A stretch of DNA of 64,000 nt from Lama glama (Eukaryota). Each line of letters opens with the position of its first letter. The stretch's first letter is position 1. Positions 1-12,590 of the stretch are shown piece after piece. Made by a program: the position numbers and the translations under genes. Location: positions 25,484,001-25,548,000 of the forward strand of contig CM052818.1 in assembly GCA_028534125.1 (NCBI GenBank), read 5' to 3'. The notes beneath the pieces are model-generated. The model was not told the DNA's origin and did no database searches. It saw nothing but the letters and a program-made list of their open reading frames with translations.

Positions 1-702
1 CTATGGTTCTCTTTGTACTATGATTTTTTTTCATCTCAGTAAGATTGCAGGCTTCACCACAGAAGATGTGTAAGTGCTTATTAGCAAAATGCTCAGTGAC
101 TGGTGAAGAGATAAATGCTATAGAAGTTTACACAAAAATGACCACAGAATGGACAAGAATGGCCATGGAAAGCTTTATGGTGAAGACAGAGAAGGAAGGA
201 AACTGGCCACCTGCTTAGTGCTGCTACATACACCCTCACAGTCAGAGCCCTGCTCCACACCTTGCCCTGGCCAGGTCCATCTCTGAAGTGATGGCGCCAG
301 TGGCCTGGAAAAAAGGTGGCCCAGCTTGCTGCGTTGTATGTGCTGCTGCAAGGAGCGAGGAGGATGAAGTGCTCTTGGTACCTTCTTGTTTGAAGGTTGC
401 CTGGTCATAAAAGGGAGCCGCAGGTCTGGCCTGGTCTGTGTGCTACAGATGAGCTTTAGCCCCATCCCTTAGTAGGGAAAGCTTTGACAAGAAAAAAATG
501 TACTTCAGGCATTTCAAGCAGGAATGCAAGGCTTTTCTTCATAGAAGACTGTTGTAGGCGATTAGTTTCTGATCTCAAATACATTTGCATTTAACAGGCT
601 TTTGTGAGTTTAAGAAGTTATCCATGATTTATATTTTTTTATAGGAAAATGCTTGTTCCTATTTCAAGAATGACTCAATTATAAATTGGAGATTATCTTC
701 AA

Positions 703-871
703 CAGTGGTTTTAACCCTGACTGTACATTATAACCCCCTGGGGAACTTAAAAAAAAACTACCTATGTGCCCAGCCCATGCTTGAATTAGGCTGGCATTGG
801 CACATGGGTATCAATATTTTTTAAAAGCTCCACAGGGGGATCTAATGTGTAGCTACAATGGACAACCACTG
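703..871. mobile_element. MER5A-like hAT/Charlie non-autonomous DNA transposon
   Basis: Terminal inverted repeats CAGTGGTT (703-710) and AACCACTG (864-871), about 170 bp, with MER5-like internal motifs (ggggaactt, ttttaaaagctcc, gatctaatgtg). Family assigned from memory. Confidence 0.7.
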
Positions 872-1776
872 GTCTGTTGTCTGGGATTTGTACTTAACAA
901 ATTAATACTACTTTTTTGATTAATTTGATTTCACTCCTAAGTCATTACCAATAAATGTGTTCAGTACCTAGCTGACAAGAATTCCTAGTATATATTTTTT
1001 TATGTATATGTGTGGGTATACTATATATATATATAGTAGAATTCCAAAAGAGTTTTTAATAGCATTTTCCAGGCAGTGAGACCAAGCAATTAGTTTAAAG
1101 TGGCAAATTTTAAAAGTGCCCTAAATTTACACATGAATCTAAGCCTGTGCTGTATATAAATATGATCAAAGCCGTCTACATCTGTGTGCACAACTATGTA
1201 TGCATAGCTATAATCATTCTTTCTAAAAGCCTGCAGTTGGTAGCTGTCATGAGCTTTATGTTTAGGTTTTATTCCTATATTGTACTAAGTATACGACCAC
1301 GTTCTTGAGGCTTATCTCTAGAAGACATGTTTATTCCCTTTCCAAGAAAAGTGGAAAACATATAGGTAGCAAACGCTAGAGCTCTTTAACCTTTAACCCC
1401 TGTTATGCTAATGAAGAGAATCTAGGTTTTAGTGAAGAGAATCTTTGACACAGCAACAGTGTCATTTAATATTAAAGTATAGAAATGAATTTTAATATTC
1501 TGAGAGGTAACTATTAGAATTAGCTAGATTGCTACCCTTAGTAAACATGGCCTCCAAATAAACATCAGTACATACGGAGAGGAGGTAATAGGATGGAATG
1601 TTTGAAATTGGGGCTGTCTAGGAAGTAAGACGACTGTATCTATATAAGCAGTCAAATTAATAGTCCTGCCAGCTGAACCTGGAATGTAAAGTTATCTTCA
1701 TTCTGACCAAAGAAGCTGGAAAAAGCAATAGTCCTAATTATTTGAGTGATTACCTGTTGTGCAAAAACAAGAGAGA

Positions 1777-1912
1777 GGGGGTGGGTATTACCAGTGGTAG
1801 GGTGCATGCTTACCATGCACAAGGTCCTAGGTTCAATCCCCAGTACCTCCATTAAAAAATTTAAAAATATATAAATAAATAAATAAACTTAGTTACCTAC
1901 CCACCCCAAAAA
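1777..1912 (+). mobile_element. tRNA-derived SINE (camelid Vic-1-like)
   Basis: tRNA-like head with degenerate A box and B box GGTTCAATCCC, then cagtacctcc, (TAAA)n linker, C-rich tail and A-run; aagagagag on both flanks as probable TSD. Same structure as four other copies in the window. Confidence 0.85.
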
Positions 1913-2800
1913 GAGAGAGAAACCTGAATTTTTAAAAATAATCTCAGTCTATTGTTATAGGTATTGTTTTAGTCTCTTGGCTATTATCTGTTCAGTATGT
2001 TGGTAATATGAGGCAGTGTAACCTAAATGACCATACTGATTCAGAACCAGTATAGACCATCTAGCCTTTGTCTCAGCTTTTCTGTTTTAATGCTTCTGGG
2101 GCCTTGGCTTTTATGATTTTTTATTTTCTCCTATAAGAATTAGTATTGTTGAAACTTGGACATTCTAAGTGTATTAGACGTTTCCTATATATAAAAGTGT
2201 CTAAGCACCAAATGTTTAATGATTTTCTTTTTTATGTGTTCAAAAATATAGAAGGAAAAAAGCTATATCACTTCCAGGCTTGTTTGGTAATATGCAAAGC
2301 TGTAGTTATTTAGTGATGAGAATATATGCCACAAAAACACTTTCAAAGATATATAATAATAGTAAGAAAGTCCCTTTTATTTTTCAGCTTTTATGACATT
2401 ATTTACTACTTACTTCACAAGTTTGAATTTTCAAAGTAATCCTTAGTAAATGATATATTTCTTATCTATCCAACTGGATTCTTCACTCAGACTGGGTTTA
2501 TACATTTTTTTGAAAGTCTTCCACTAATATAAGATAGTTTGCTTTTCTCATGGACACTTTTCATTTAATTATTAAGACATCAAATAGTGAATCTAAAAGG
2601 AATCTTCAAAATGCCCAATATGATATTAATACAGTTTAAATCTTTATTTTTCTCAAAAGTAGTAATGAGCTTTTACTAAACTGTTCTACCATTCTTTAAA
2701 AGTAGAATGACAAAAATAACATTTTAATCAAATTTTTACAGATGAGTTGAATATATCAATGAAAGAAAAAATATCTACTGTTTCTTGTTTCCTTTCACAG

Positions 2801-2845
2801 GCAGCGATACCGTCTTTATCCAAGTTACACTGCCCCATGGCCCAA
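2801..2845 (+). CDS. SOS1: SOS1 45-nt coding exon, (S)SDTVFIQVTLPHGP
   Basis: Acceptor tttcttgtttcctttcacag, donor gttagt; symmetric phase 1-1 exon. Peptide matches the 15-aa segment of the SOS1 C-terminal region that I recall as alternatively spliced. Confidence 0.93.
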
Positions 2846-4568
2846 GTTAGTATATTTGGTTTAAGACTCATAATTCTCGCTTTGGCTTTAAAAATTAAAC
2901 CAAACGTAACCTTTCGTGCTAAAACTCTTCTTGGGTCTGGCAGCATTGGTACCTTGCTTTGCAGCATCTTAGAAGTGAGGCCTACACTTCTGCTATCTTT
3001 TGATCATAAGTGATTTGCTTATTAAACTTGTATACTTTTCATGCTTTTTGTAAACCTTTTTTTTCTCTTTTAAAAGAATATTATGATATGGGTGGCTTCC
3101 ACATTTAACCCTTTCTCATTTCCAACTATAGAGTTCTAAACATTTTAATGCTCAACTTAAAAAAAAAAAAAAGCAAGAGCATGCATGCGCATATGAGAAT
3201 GCTGGCAGCTATGTGCAGTGTCTAGATCACAAAATACACTTAGCCTGGGGACAGCATAGATTGTAGGCAAATTATTATTATTTGACTTTAGAAGAGTTAT
3301 AATTGTAACTACCTAAATTGTATAGCCTAAATATTCATCACTGATAAGCAAAATAAAGTTCCAACATAGATATTTGCTTTTAATTTTAAAGTAAACTAAC
3401 AATTCACTAAATTACTCCATAAATTTTAAGCTAAGAGACTGGTTTTTGCTGTCCTTCATACAAATGGTTTCACAATGTGCACAATGAAAATACTACTTAT
3501 GAATTAAATTAATTTACATAGTCTTAAGAAAAAAGGTAGGTGATCAAAATGTTGCTCATTCAAATAATATCAGTACACAAAGTACTCTCAAAGTCCTATG
3601 TTGTTACATTAAATTGACAAAATAAAAACCATCAATGCTTAAAGGAAGAAAAGAACCTGTCAAATACAATTTTGAATGATTAAGTATTTTTTCATATCTT
3701 TTTATTGTGCTGATAAACTAGCTAACAGCTTACATAAATGTTTTTCAAGGTATAATTATTTATATGCCTATATTATGCCATTGTCATCATAAATGTCTGT
3801 AATGTAGGTTCTGATTAGAAGCTTTACTTACCTTTTTTATGCCAGTTCATCAACTTACTCCTAAATCAGGTTCACTAGATTCTAGTGTAACTCCTGTTTT
3901 TATTATCAGCACTGCCTCAGTCATCTTAAATATCTCCATCACAATTAAAAATTTTGAATTAGGAAATGTTGAACCTGATTTTGCTTACCTGGCAAGGAGA
4001 GCTGATAACCTAAGCAAAATGAGGAGAGACACCCTCCCTCCCTCAGACACTAGATTCTCCCCCTGGCATCCTTTGAAAGGATTGCTAGGAGAGACATTGA
4101 GGAGAGTGCGTAAGATCAGAAGGTACTCCCAAGGACTATCCAGTAAAGGAAAGAAATTCTGTACTAATAAAGTCAGAAGAAAAAGAAGAGCCCATTATAA
4201 AAACTTACCAAAAATGACCATTCCAAAGGTTTTTAACAGGTTGCTGTCTCTCCCAGAAATCTGAGACTCAGACCCAAATAAAAAAATTCCAATAATAGAT
4301 TAACAATGGGAATGTTATTTTGTTCAAGAAGCAGAATAACAGAATATCTTAGGCAGCTTTTTTTTTTCTGAAAATTCTGCTAAGAAATTTCTGCATGCTT
4401 TTTATAGCAGTTTGCTTTAATAAAGGAAATACTTTTGGATATTGATTTATTGAACTGCTTTTGATACTTTTATACATTTCTTTGAATAAAGATAAGCAGT
4501 TTCCAACTAAGTCTTTTGAGGACTGATAGATGAAATAAAATTCCTGTGAACTTTTCAAAAAAATTTAA

Positions 4569-4703
<135 letters not shown>

Positions 4704-5629
4704 TAGAAAACCTTGTTACCTGGAAACTTGGAATCATTACTGTTACATTATGATAAGTTGCTTGTGTCTAGTTTAGTTCTAACTGGATTAGGTTAACACT
4801 CAAGAGTATATGGGCATAGTAGAGTTTAAACAAGGATTAAATATGGATTTACTATGGAGCAATGTTTATTTCCTTTCTTCTGAAAGCATTTTTTGGTAGA
4901 TTTTCAAAACCCTTATAAATCTAAATTATGAGTACTGTCAGGGAAAAAACAAATTTAACTTATAATGTATGAGTAATGTAGTCTCAAGCAGTTCTTTAAA
5001 AACATAAAACAGACAGAGAGCGAGAGAGAAGGAAAGAGGTCCAAAGCTTTATATGAAAGCACATTTTAAGTGAAACTGTATCTTAGTGCTACACATTACC
5101 TGTCTGGGCCCTTAATAGTGAATCTGACATGCTTTTATATGGGATTTGCATGTAAATTCTGGGTTGGAAGAGACCTTAATAGCTATTTCTTCTACTTGTT
5201 TGAATTTTTTTATTTGCCAACTGTTAACGTGATTCAGTGGTCTAAGAGTGTCCAGAGGCAGAGAGCACCTGGGCAAGTCAAGACACTCTTTGCAGAATAT
5301 CATGAAATGTTAATATAGTTAAGTTTAAAATTGTAAGACTGACAGGTAAGGCATGTTAAGTTAGAAATAATCTTATCTTAGATTGAGTGATAGGTGAGCA
5401 ATAGCAAATAACAGAATTTTGAGAAAAATAAAGTAAAAACAACATTGAGGGGAAAATAATTTTTAAATGAATGAACTACCATAACTTCCAATTTAAAACA
5501 TACAGCACGACTCCCTGATCCACACAGGGTTCTGCGAATAGCGTGTTTGAAAACCCCACCTTAATTGTTCATATTGTCATGGTACTACATAAATTATTAA
5601 TAAATGTCTTTTTTTTTCATTTATGTTAG

Positions 5630-6121
<492 letters not shown>

Positions 6122-9100
6122 GTTCCTCTGTCCCGGGATGTACATTTTCCTAGCCCTAAATCCATTGCTGGCAATGGATGCACTGAACGTGCCAGCACTG
6201 AGGAGTTAAAGTGAGAACTCCAAACACTAACGACTCTACTTCAAGATGCAGTGTAAGACAATGAATTTTAACCTAGACCTAATTATAAAATGAAACTGGT
6301 GTTCATTTAGAATATGGAAAGACTGATCTAGAGGAAGTGGACAACTGATTGCACCTGAAAATCAAGTTAAAGGGACTTCCTCCAGCCAATAGGCAGGAGT
6401 CTTCTTTTTGTGAAGTGATCTTTATCATTAAAGGGATGGGAAACACAGTCTAGTGCCCAGCAGGCCCACTTGATGACAGTTTTTGTAATTCAGAATATTA
6501 TGCACTTTTTAAAAAGAAATCTTAAACAGGGATCTTCATATCCTCCTTTGTTTTCCTTTGCTTTTACTCGTCCTACTTTAGAGTATTTTCTTAAAAATCG
6601 TTCAGAGGACTGTGAGGAAAGGCTGTGGTACCTGACCTTGTTGGAATCAAGGCCCAGCACTGTACTGCAGTCCTGTTTACAGATTATTACAGTGAATTGA
6701 ATGGGTACCGAGGCTTCACCAAAGAGGTACTTTTTTTCCCTTTTTTTCCTTTTCTTTAAGAATAATTATACCAACTTTATGAGCATTCCCCTACCTACCC
6801 TCCGTAAACAAACAAAACGTGGTGGTGTTGCCTTTAAACGAGAAGTTTTGTGTCATTAATATGACAGAAGAACTTTTTTAAAAATGTAATTGTCAAGTAT
6901 ACGATTCACATTTAGGAGACTGTTAATCTATGCTAGAGTGTCCCCCCCCCCCACTTCTCCCACAGAAGTTTACTGGTAATCCATGTCATGGCTTGTAGCT
7001 GTCCCTCTAACCATACTATGGAAATGCAGTCACCCAGTGTGAAAGGAGCACTTGCTGGGCATCACTGATACCGTTCATGTTTTACTAATAGTTGAGTGAT
7101 CATCATATCTAGAATTACCTTGCATTGCCTAAATCATGTGTATATAGTGAATGTTATATAATATACCTGGCAGGTCTGTTTTAATTTAATTGAATAAAGA
7201 TACAAGTACTTTGTTTGGCTGGCATATATTAAATTATTATATGGAGAAAACGGTCGATTCTTATTTCTTTCAGTTGAAACGCACACACACACAAACACTA
7301 AGCATAAAAGCACGTATTGTGGTGCGCCTTGGTTTCTAGTTCTGGATATATGTATCCATCTTAAAGAATGATCTAAAGCTGCAGTTTGGCATGTAGGAAA
7401 ATACTTAGTTAGAATAGGATGGGTCTCTTTTAAGCAGAGCTTTGTAAGGTTTTAATTTCCTAGGCAACATGTATACAGTTTGTTAAAGTTTATATTAAAC
7501 ATTCTACCTTGCTTGAGGTCTTTGCTCTATCAGAACTATTCGTAATAGAACATCTACCTACATCATTAATATCATAATATGGATTATTCATTAAGCCTGT
7601 GTACTGATCTTCTGAGTCTAACAAATACTGTGACTGAAATGCATGCAATTTGTTGAAGAGAAAAAGTGTTATTAATCTCTACTCTAGTATCTGTGAAATG
7701 TGCAGTATTCCATCCTTAGAGAGTCATCAGTTCATCGGTATCTGCATGCGTCCTCTGAATAATGAAGCAACATTCAGCAATTCTGTTAACCATGCCATTA
7801 GAGACATTTTTAGAAGTGCTGCATCGTGGTGGAAACTTAGTACTTCAGTATTTCCTGTGATATTTATTAGAGCATTAAATGTACATCACAATAGTACAAA
7901 TATATAGTCCTTTAAGACCGGATTGGTGGTTGCATCATCATTAAGCAATCTGTCTTATCATATCCTTTCTTATCTGTTAGAGTTGAATCTTTTTTCAGTA
8001 TCTGTACCATTCCTATTATGGTGGCCATTTTTCTCTTTGTAAAATGTCTCCTTTTAAGAGTCTTTCAAAAAATTAATTTCACATCCACTCTTGTATGCAA
8101 AGTGTCCATAAGACCATTCATTCAACAAGTAATTATCTAAGCCTTCTTAACTAGTGCTGCTACAATTAATCATAATACACATTCCAGAATTTCCGTGACT
8201 TTCTACTAGAGCAGCCTCATTGTCCCTAGGATCTCTCTTTCTGTGTCTTATGCACACTTCTCTTTTTAATTACCCCGCCCCTACTCCAAATGAGAACCAG
8301 AGAAAAGTCACATTGGAGTCCATTCAGTATCTGGCCAGTGTGTTAGCCTTCAATAAAGTAATGACCTCTTTTGAACCTGCATGATTGTGTAGAGGAAAAA
8401 CTCAGATTTGAAGTTCTAATCATATTTCTCCCAAAGGGAAGCATTCTTCTCCCCTGGTGGTTCTCGGAGACCGCTTCACTGTGCATCAGCTTTATATGCA
8501 TTGGGGATAGAGGATATTTTTGTTCTGAAGTATAACATTTGGGTAAAAATACATTCTGCAGTGGTAACTGATTAGAAAAATTCCAGTTGGACGCCCTTAA
8601 ATGAAGGTGAGAAAACCATCTCTTGCCTTCTTCACAGGTGAAATATTAACTAGCTGACAAATTTATTCTTTTTAGTAACTAAAATATACTTAATCTAGGG
8701 ACAAGAAGTTGCTGAGAAGATAAATGCATCACCATAAAATTCTGCTTTTGAATTCAGGACATTACAAGGTAGTCAATGAGCATGACTTTTTTTCTAAACT
8801 ATGTTCCAAAATATGGAATATTTCTTTTAGAAATGGAAATGCTCTTAGATGTTTCATTATCTTTGGATCACAAAATGAAACTATTTCAAGGTTGAATTTA
8901 CCTAAGTGGGCTGATAACCAATATAATAGAAAGGGAGGCTTTTCACATCTAAGCACTTTTAAAAACAAGAACAAATAAGTATGTTTCTACATTTATTGAA
9001 AGACAGGTTATTTACTCTTCCCAGACCTCCAAATGTATTCTGAGACTACAGATTATCAGGAAATACACAAATATTAAAAGTTTGCTTAATTAAAGTTTGT

Positions 9101-10590
9101 TGGGTATCAAATTATGTGTTTAGTAGGTTACTGTGCTCTAACAACTCAAGGATGTTTTAATGGATCTGAATTTAGCAAAGAGCATACCATGCTAATTATA
9201 CTACAATTAACAGAAAAGTGTAGGGAACAGGTACTACAGTTGGAGGCTCTATCATGGTTCTAAATTCCTTAATGTGTTTTTTCATGAATCAAAAATTACG
9301 CAAACCGAAAATTAGTTGGTATTTATGATCACAATCTTGTCTTAGTCCTCAAATTGAATTCATTTTAGCCACGTACTTCATTGTCTTTTAATGACGGCTT
9401 AAATTCAGAGTTTTAAGTGGCTCAGCAAAACAAACAATGGAAATGAAGGGAGGGGTGTCCCAGTTTATTAGTGTTGTAAATATTGAGGAAAACCATTTTT
9501 TCCTCCAGATTTAGAAAGAAAAATTTAACCATTTATTTCTCAGTATTCTGCTGCTATAGGTAGGTTCACTTATTCTTTTAACCTATATTGTATGACTGTT
9601 TTACAAGTGTAGGTCCTGTTGTGTTGCACATTAATCTTTACCAGTAAAATAAACATCGCAAGGTTAGTATCAGTTTGGCTGAAAGAATTATGCAGTAAAA
9701 TTACTTACAGGGAAAGTGATGACTTAGTTTATTTATTCAATATTTTTCTTTTGAAACATCTCATTACTGTTTAAATCATTTCATAATCCCTTATACATGA
9801 GCCAATAAAATATTTTGAGCTCTAGTTAAGAAAAGCATGAAGTCTATAAGATAAATCTAAACAAAAGCATTTGTAACTTGTTTTGTAAGTTTCATGCCTT
9901 ATTTTCCATTTTTGACACCATAAAGTGCATTTTCTGTCGACTGTGAGCAAATTTCCCTTTTGCCTTTAATGAAAATAGTGCATTAAGTAGCCAATTGCTG
10001 CAAAATTATTAAACAAGTTAGCTAAAGGTGGATCACATTGGACTACCAGTCAAAGGAACAAGATGCGTAACAGATGGAAGTCACACGTGGTGTGGCTTTA
10101 GGGAGAGTGCACCTGTGCCAGATGCATGCCACTTTCAGTAGCTGCCAAACGTGCCTTTAATTAAGAACATCTCTAATTTTTTTCTTCAGATCAAGTCAGC
10201 ATTTGGGGGCGGGATTAGGGCAGGGGACTTGGGGTGCAAATATCTGGTGAAACCCACCAGAGAAGAAGCCTTTGTTTGTCAAAGTGACATGTATAACTTT
10301 AGTTGAAATGTGTTTGTGTATATATATGTTTATTTGCCTTTGTTTAGTAGCACAGTTATTTGCTAAAATAATTGTCAAAAAATTGCTCTGTCAGTCTTAT
10401 TTTGATGTAGAAACAAAGTGCGGTCTATACATCTAATATGGCCTTTGTACCTAACCATGTTCGTAGGTAATCTTTGTACTCTGTGTGCAGCAGTATTTGG
10501 TTTGCATTTAAAGTGAAAATAATGGCTGTTATTTTTCTGGCATTACTAAGATAAACCGAAAGTAATAAAGAAAAATGCCTTACATAGCCC
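6122..10590 (+). other. SOS1: SOS1 long 3'UTR (3' end approximate)
   Basis: AU-rich sequence after the stop with no recognisable interspersed repeats; AATAAA at 7193, 8352, 9648, 9804 and 10564. Confidence 0.7.
10564..10569 (+). terminator. SOS1: Probable distal SOS1 polyadenylation signal
   Basis: AATAAA followed about 25-50 nt later by a GU/U-rich element (gtgtattatttttgcatgtatttatttt); repeat-derived sequence starts further downstream. Confidence 0.6.
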
Positions 10591-12119
10591 GCAAGTGTAT
10601 TATTTTTGCATGTATTTATTTTAGAGGGCAATATTTTAATGTCATTAGTGATTCTCATTTTAGCTCATGCTTTCCATGTAGAAATAGTTTGCTCTTAATC
10701 ATCATCTCGCTTTAGAGGCACTTTTTCCTGTATCACATTATTATAAAAGAAGTTCAGTATTTCCTTGTGCATCAAGTCCTGTGGTTGTAGTGAGTGGGAG
10801 GCCCTTGGGTTGAAAATTAGTACTTTGGTGACCTTGGGTGTCACCTGGATGAAGGTGCAGAGGGCTGAGGCATTTGTATTCCATAAAAGAACTCGTAAGA
10901 TACCACAGTTCCTTGACAGGCAATTTTGCTGAGACCTGCTGGAACATGGCAGCCTGACATTTAGCAGTTCTTTCTAGGGTTGGCATGAAAAGATACAGCT
11001 TACAGTTGCACATTGTAAAGAATTATGCAGATATGAGGGCATTCATGGTAAACTAGAATGTGAAAACTGATGAAGCCTTAAAGATCTAATACTCTTACTT
11101 AAGAACTGAAGCAAGTGAGGTCTTGAAGCAGAGAGATGACTTAGCTAACATCGTGTGACAGTGATTGAGACCACTGACTCAGCTTTGACTCCAGGTATTT
11201 GGAGGACTGCTTTCAGGAATAGCCAAAATTCACTGGAGTTTTTTTTACTCCTAGTTTAAAGACACAAAATCAATGGTTTGTACAAATTCCATTTGTAGGT
11301 CACTGTGAAATCCAAGCATGTATTATTGAGTATATTCTAGGGAATCAATTTAATAGCTACAGGAAAATTAGGTTAATATTGATTACTCAAACCTAATTCC
11401 ATATTTGCTCTTGAAACATGACTTCTTTTGAATTTTAACCAGGTGGTTTGCTTTTTTTACTTATTTTAATCTTGAGCTCATCACAGATTCAGATTCAGGC
11501 TTAAGTCATTAGGATACAGCCCACAGCCGAGCTTACCTCTTTGCAGATCAATGCACATGGCAAGAAGGGCTTTGATAGAATACAGTTCCAAAATAGTTCA
11601 TGGCCATTCTGCTATCTTAGGGCTTTTGATTCTCAATGGAAGCAAGAAGAAAACTACAGCCCATTTTTACAAGCTGGTTCCTCACCTTCAGGACTCATTG
11701 AGAAAAGGAAAAATCATTGAGGTGAAAATACAGCAAGCAGTTGCTTTATATTCATACCTGTGTTCACATTCTGGTTCCATTAGTTATTAAATGTATGACT
11801 TTGGAGAAGTTATGTAAATAATCTGAATCTCTGTTTCTCAGCAGTACATGAGGTTTATAGATCTACTGTTTGAGACTATTGTGAGGTTTAAAGGTTGTAT
11901 GTGTAATGCCCAATGCCTTGCCAGAGGAAGTGCTTAACAGTAAACCACCGTTAGGAAGGATATGTTTGCCTGCTTTTAGATATCTTTTAAGAGGTTGATG
12001 GTTCATCCTAAAGTTCCCATAATTTGATTCTTTACCATACTGCTTCCTTTGATGTTTACTGTCACTTAAATTGGTTTTGAGTGACTTTAGTTATAAGCAT
12101 TTGATAAGGGCCCATGTGA

Positions 12120-12590
12120 CTATTCAACATTCAACAAATATTTATTATTCCACGTACAGTTTTGATGTTAGAAATATAGCAATGAACAAAATAGACAAAA
12201 ATCCATATCACCATGGGATTAATTTAGTGAGGAAATGTAGACAATAAATAATAAAGAACAAATGGGTATATGTTAGAATGTTGTAACTGCTATGAACAAA
12301 AAAGGTGACTGGGAGTGTAGGGGCAGGGGAGGTAAAATCTAATGGTCAGCCTCAGATAAGGTGATAGGAGTAGAGACTTGAAGAAAGTGCAGGAATGAGA
12401 CATGCAAGTATCTAGGAAAAGAATATGCCAAGTCACAGGGAACAGCCAATTAAAAAGTCCAGAGGCAGGAGCATACTTAATTTATCTGAGGAATAGCGAA
12501 GCTACTTGTGTCTGGAGAGGAATGAATGGGTGTGGGCAAAACAGGAAATGCCATCAGAGGTTTAATCGGGTTCAGATCACGACTATCTGG
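12120..12590 (-). mobile_element. L2 LINE 3' fragment (boundaries approximate)
   Basis: attcaacattcaacaaatatttatt is the reverse complement of the L2 3' terminus, followed by typical L2 3' motifs (gaacaaaatagacaaaaatcc, gagacttgaagaaagtg, gggaacagc). Confidence 0.65.

Noticed and set aside
3839..4264. 141-aa ORF in a SOS1 intron
   Set aside because: No similarity to SOS1 or any family I recognise; looks like old repeat-derived sequence.
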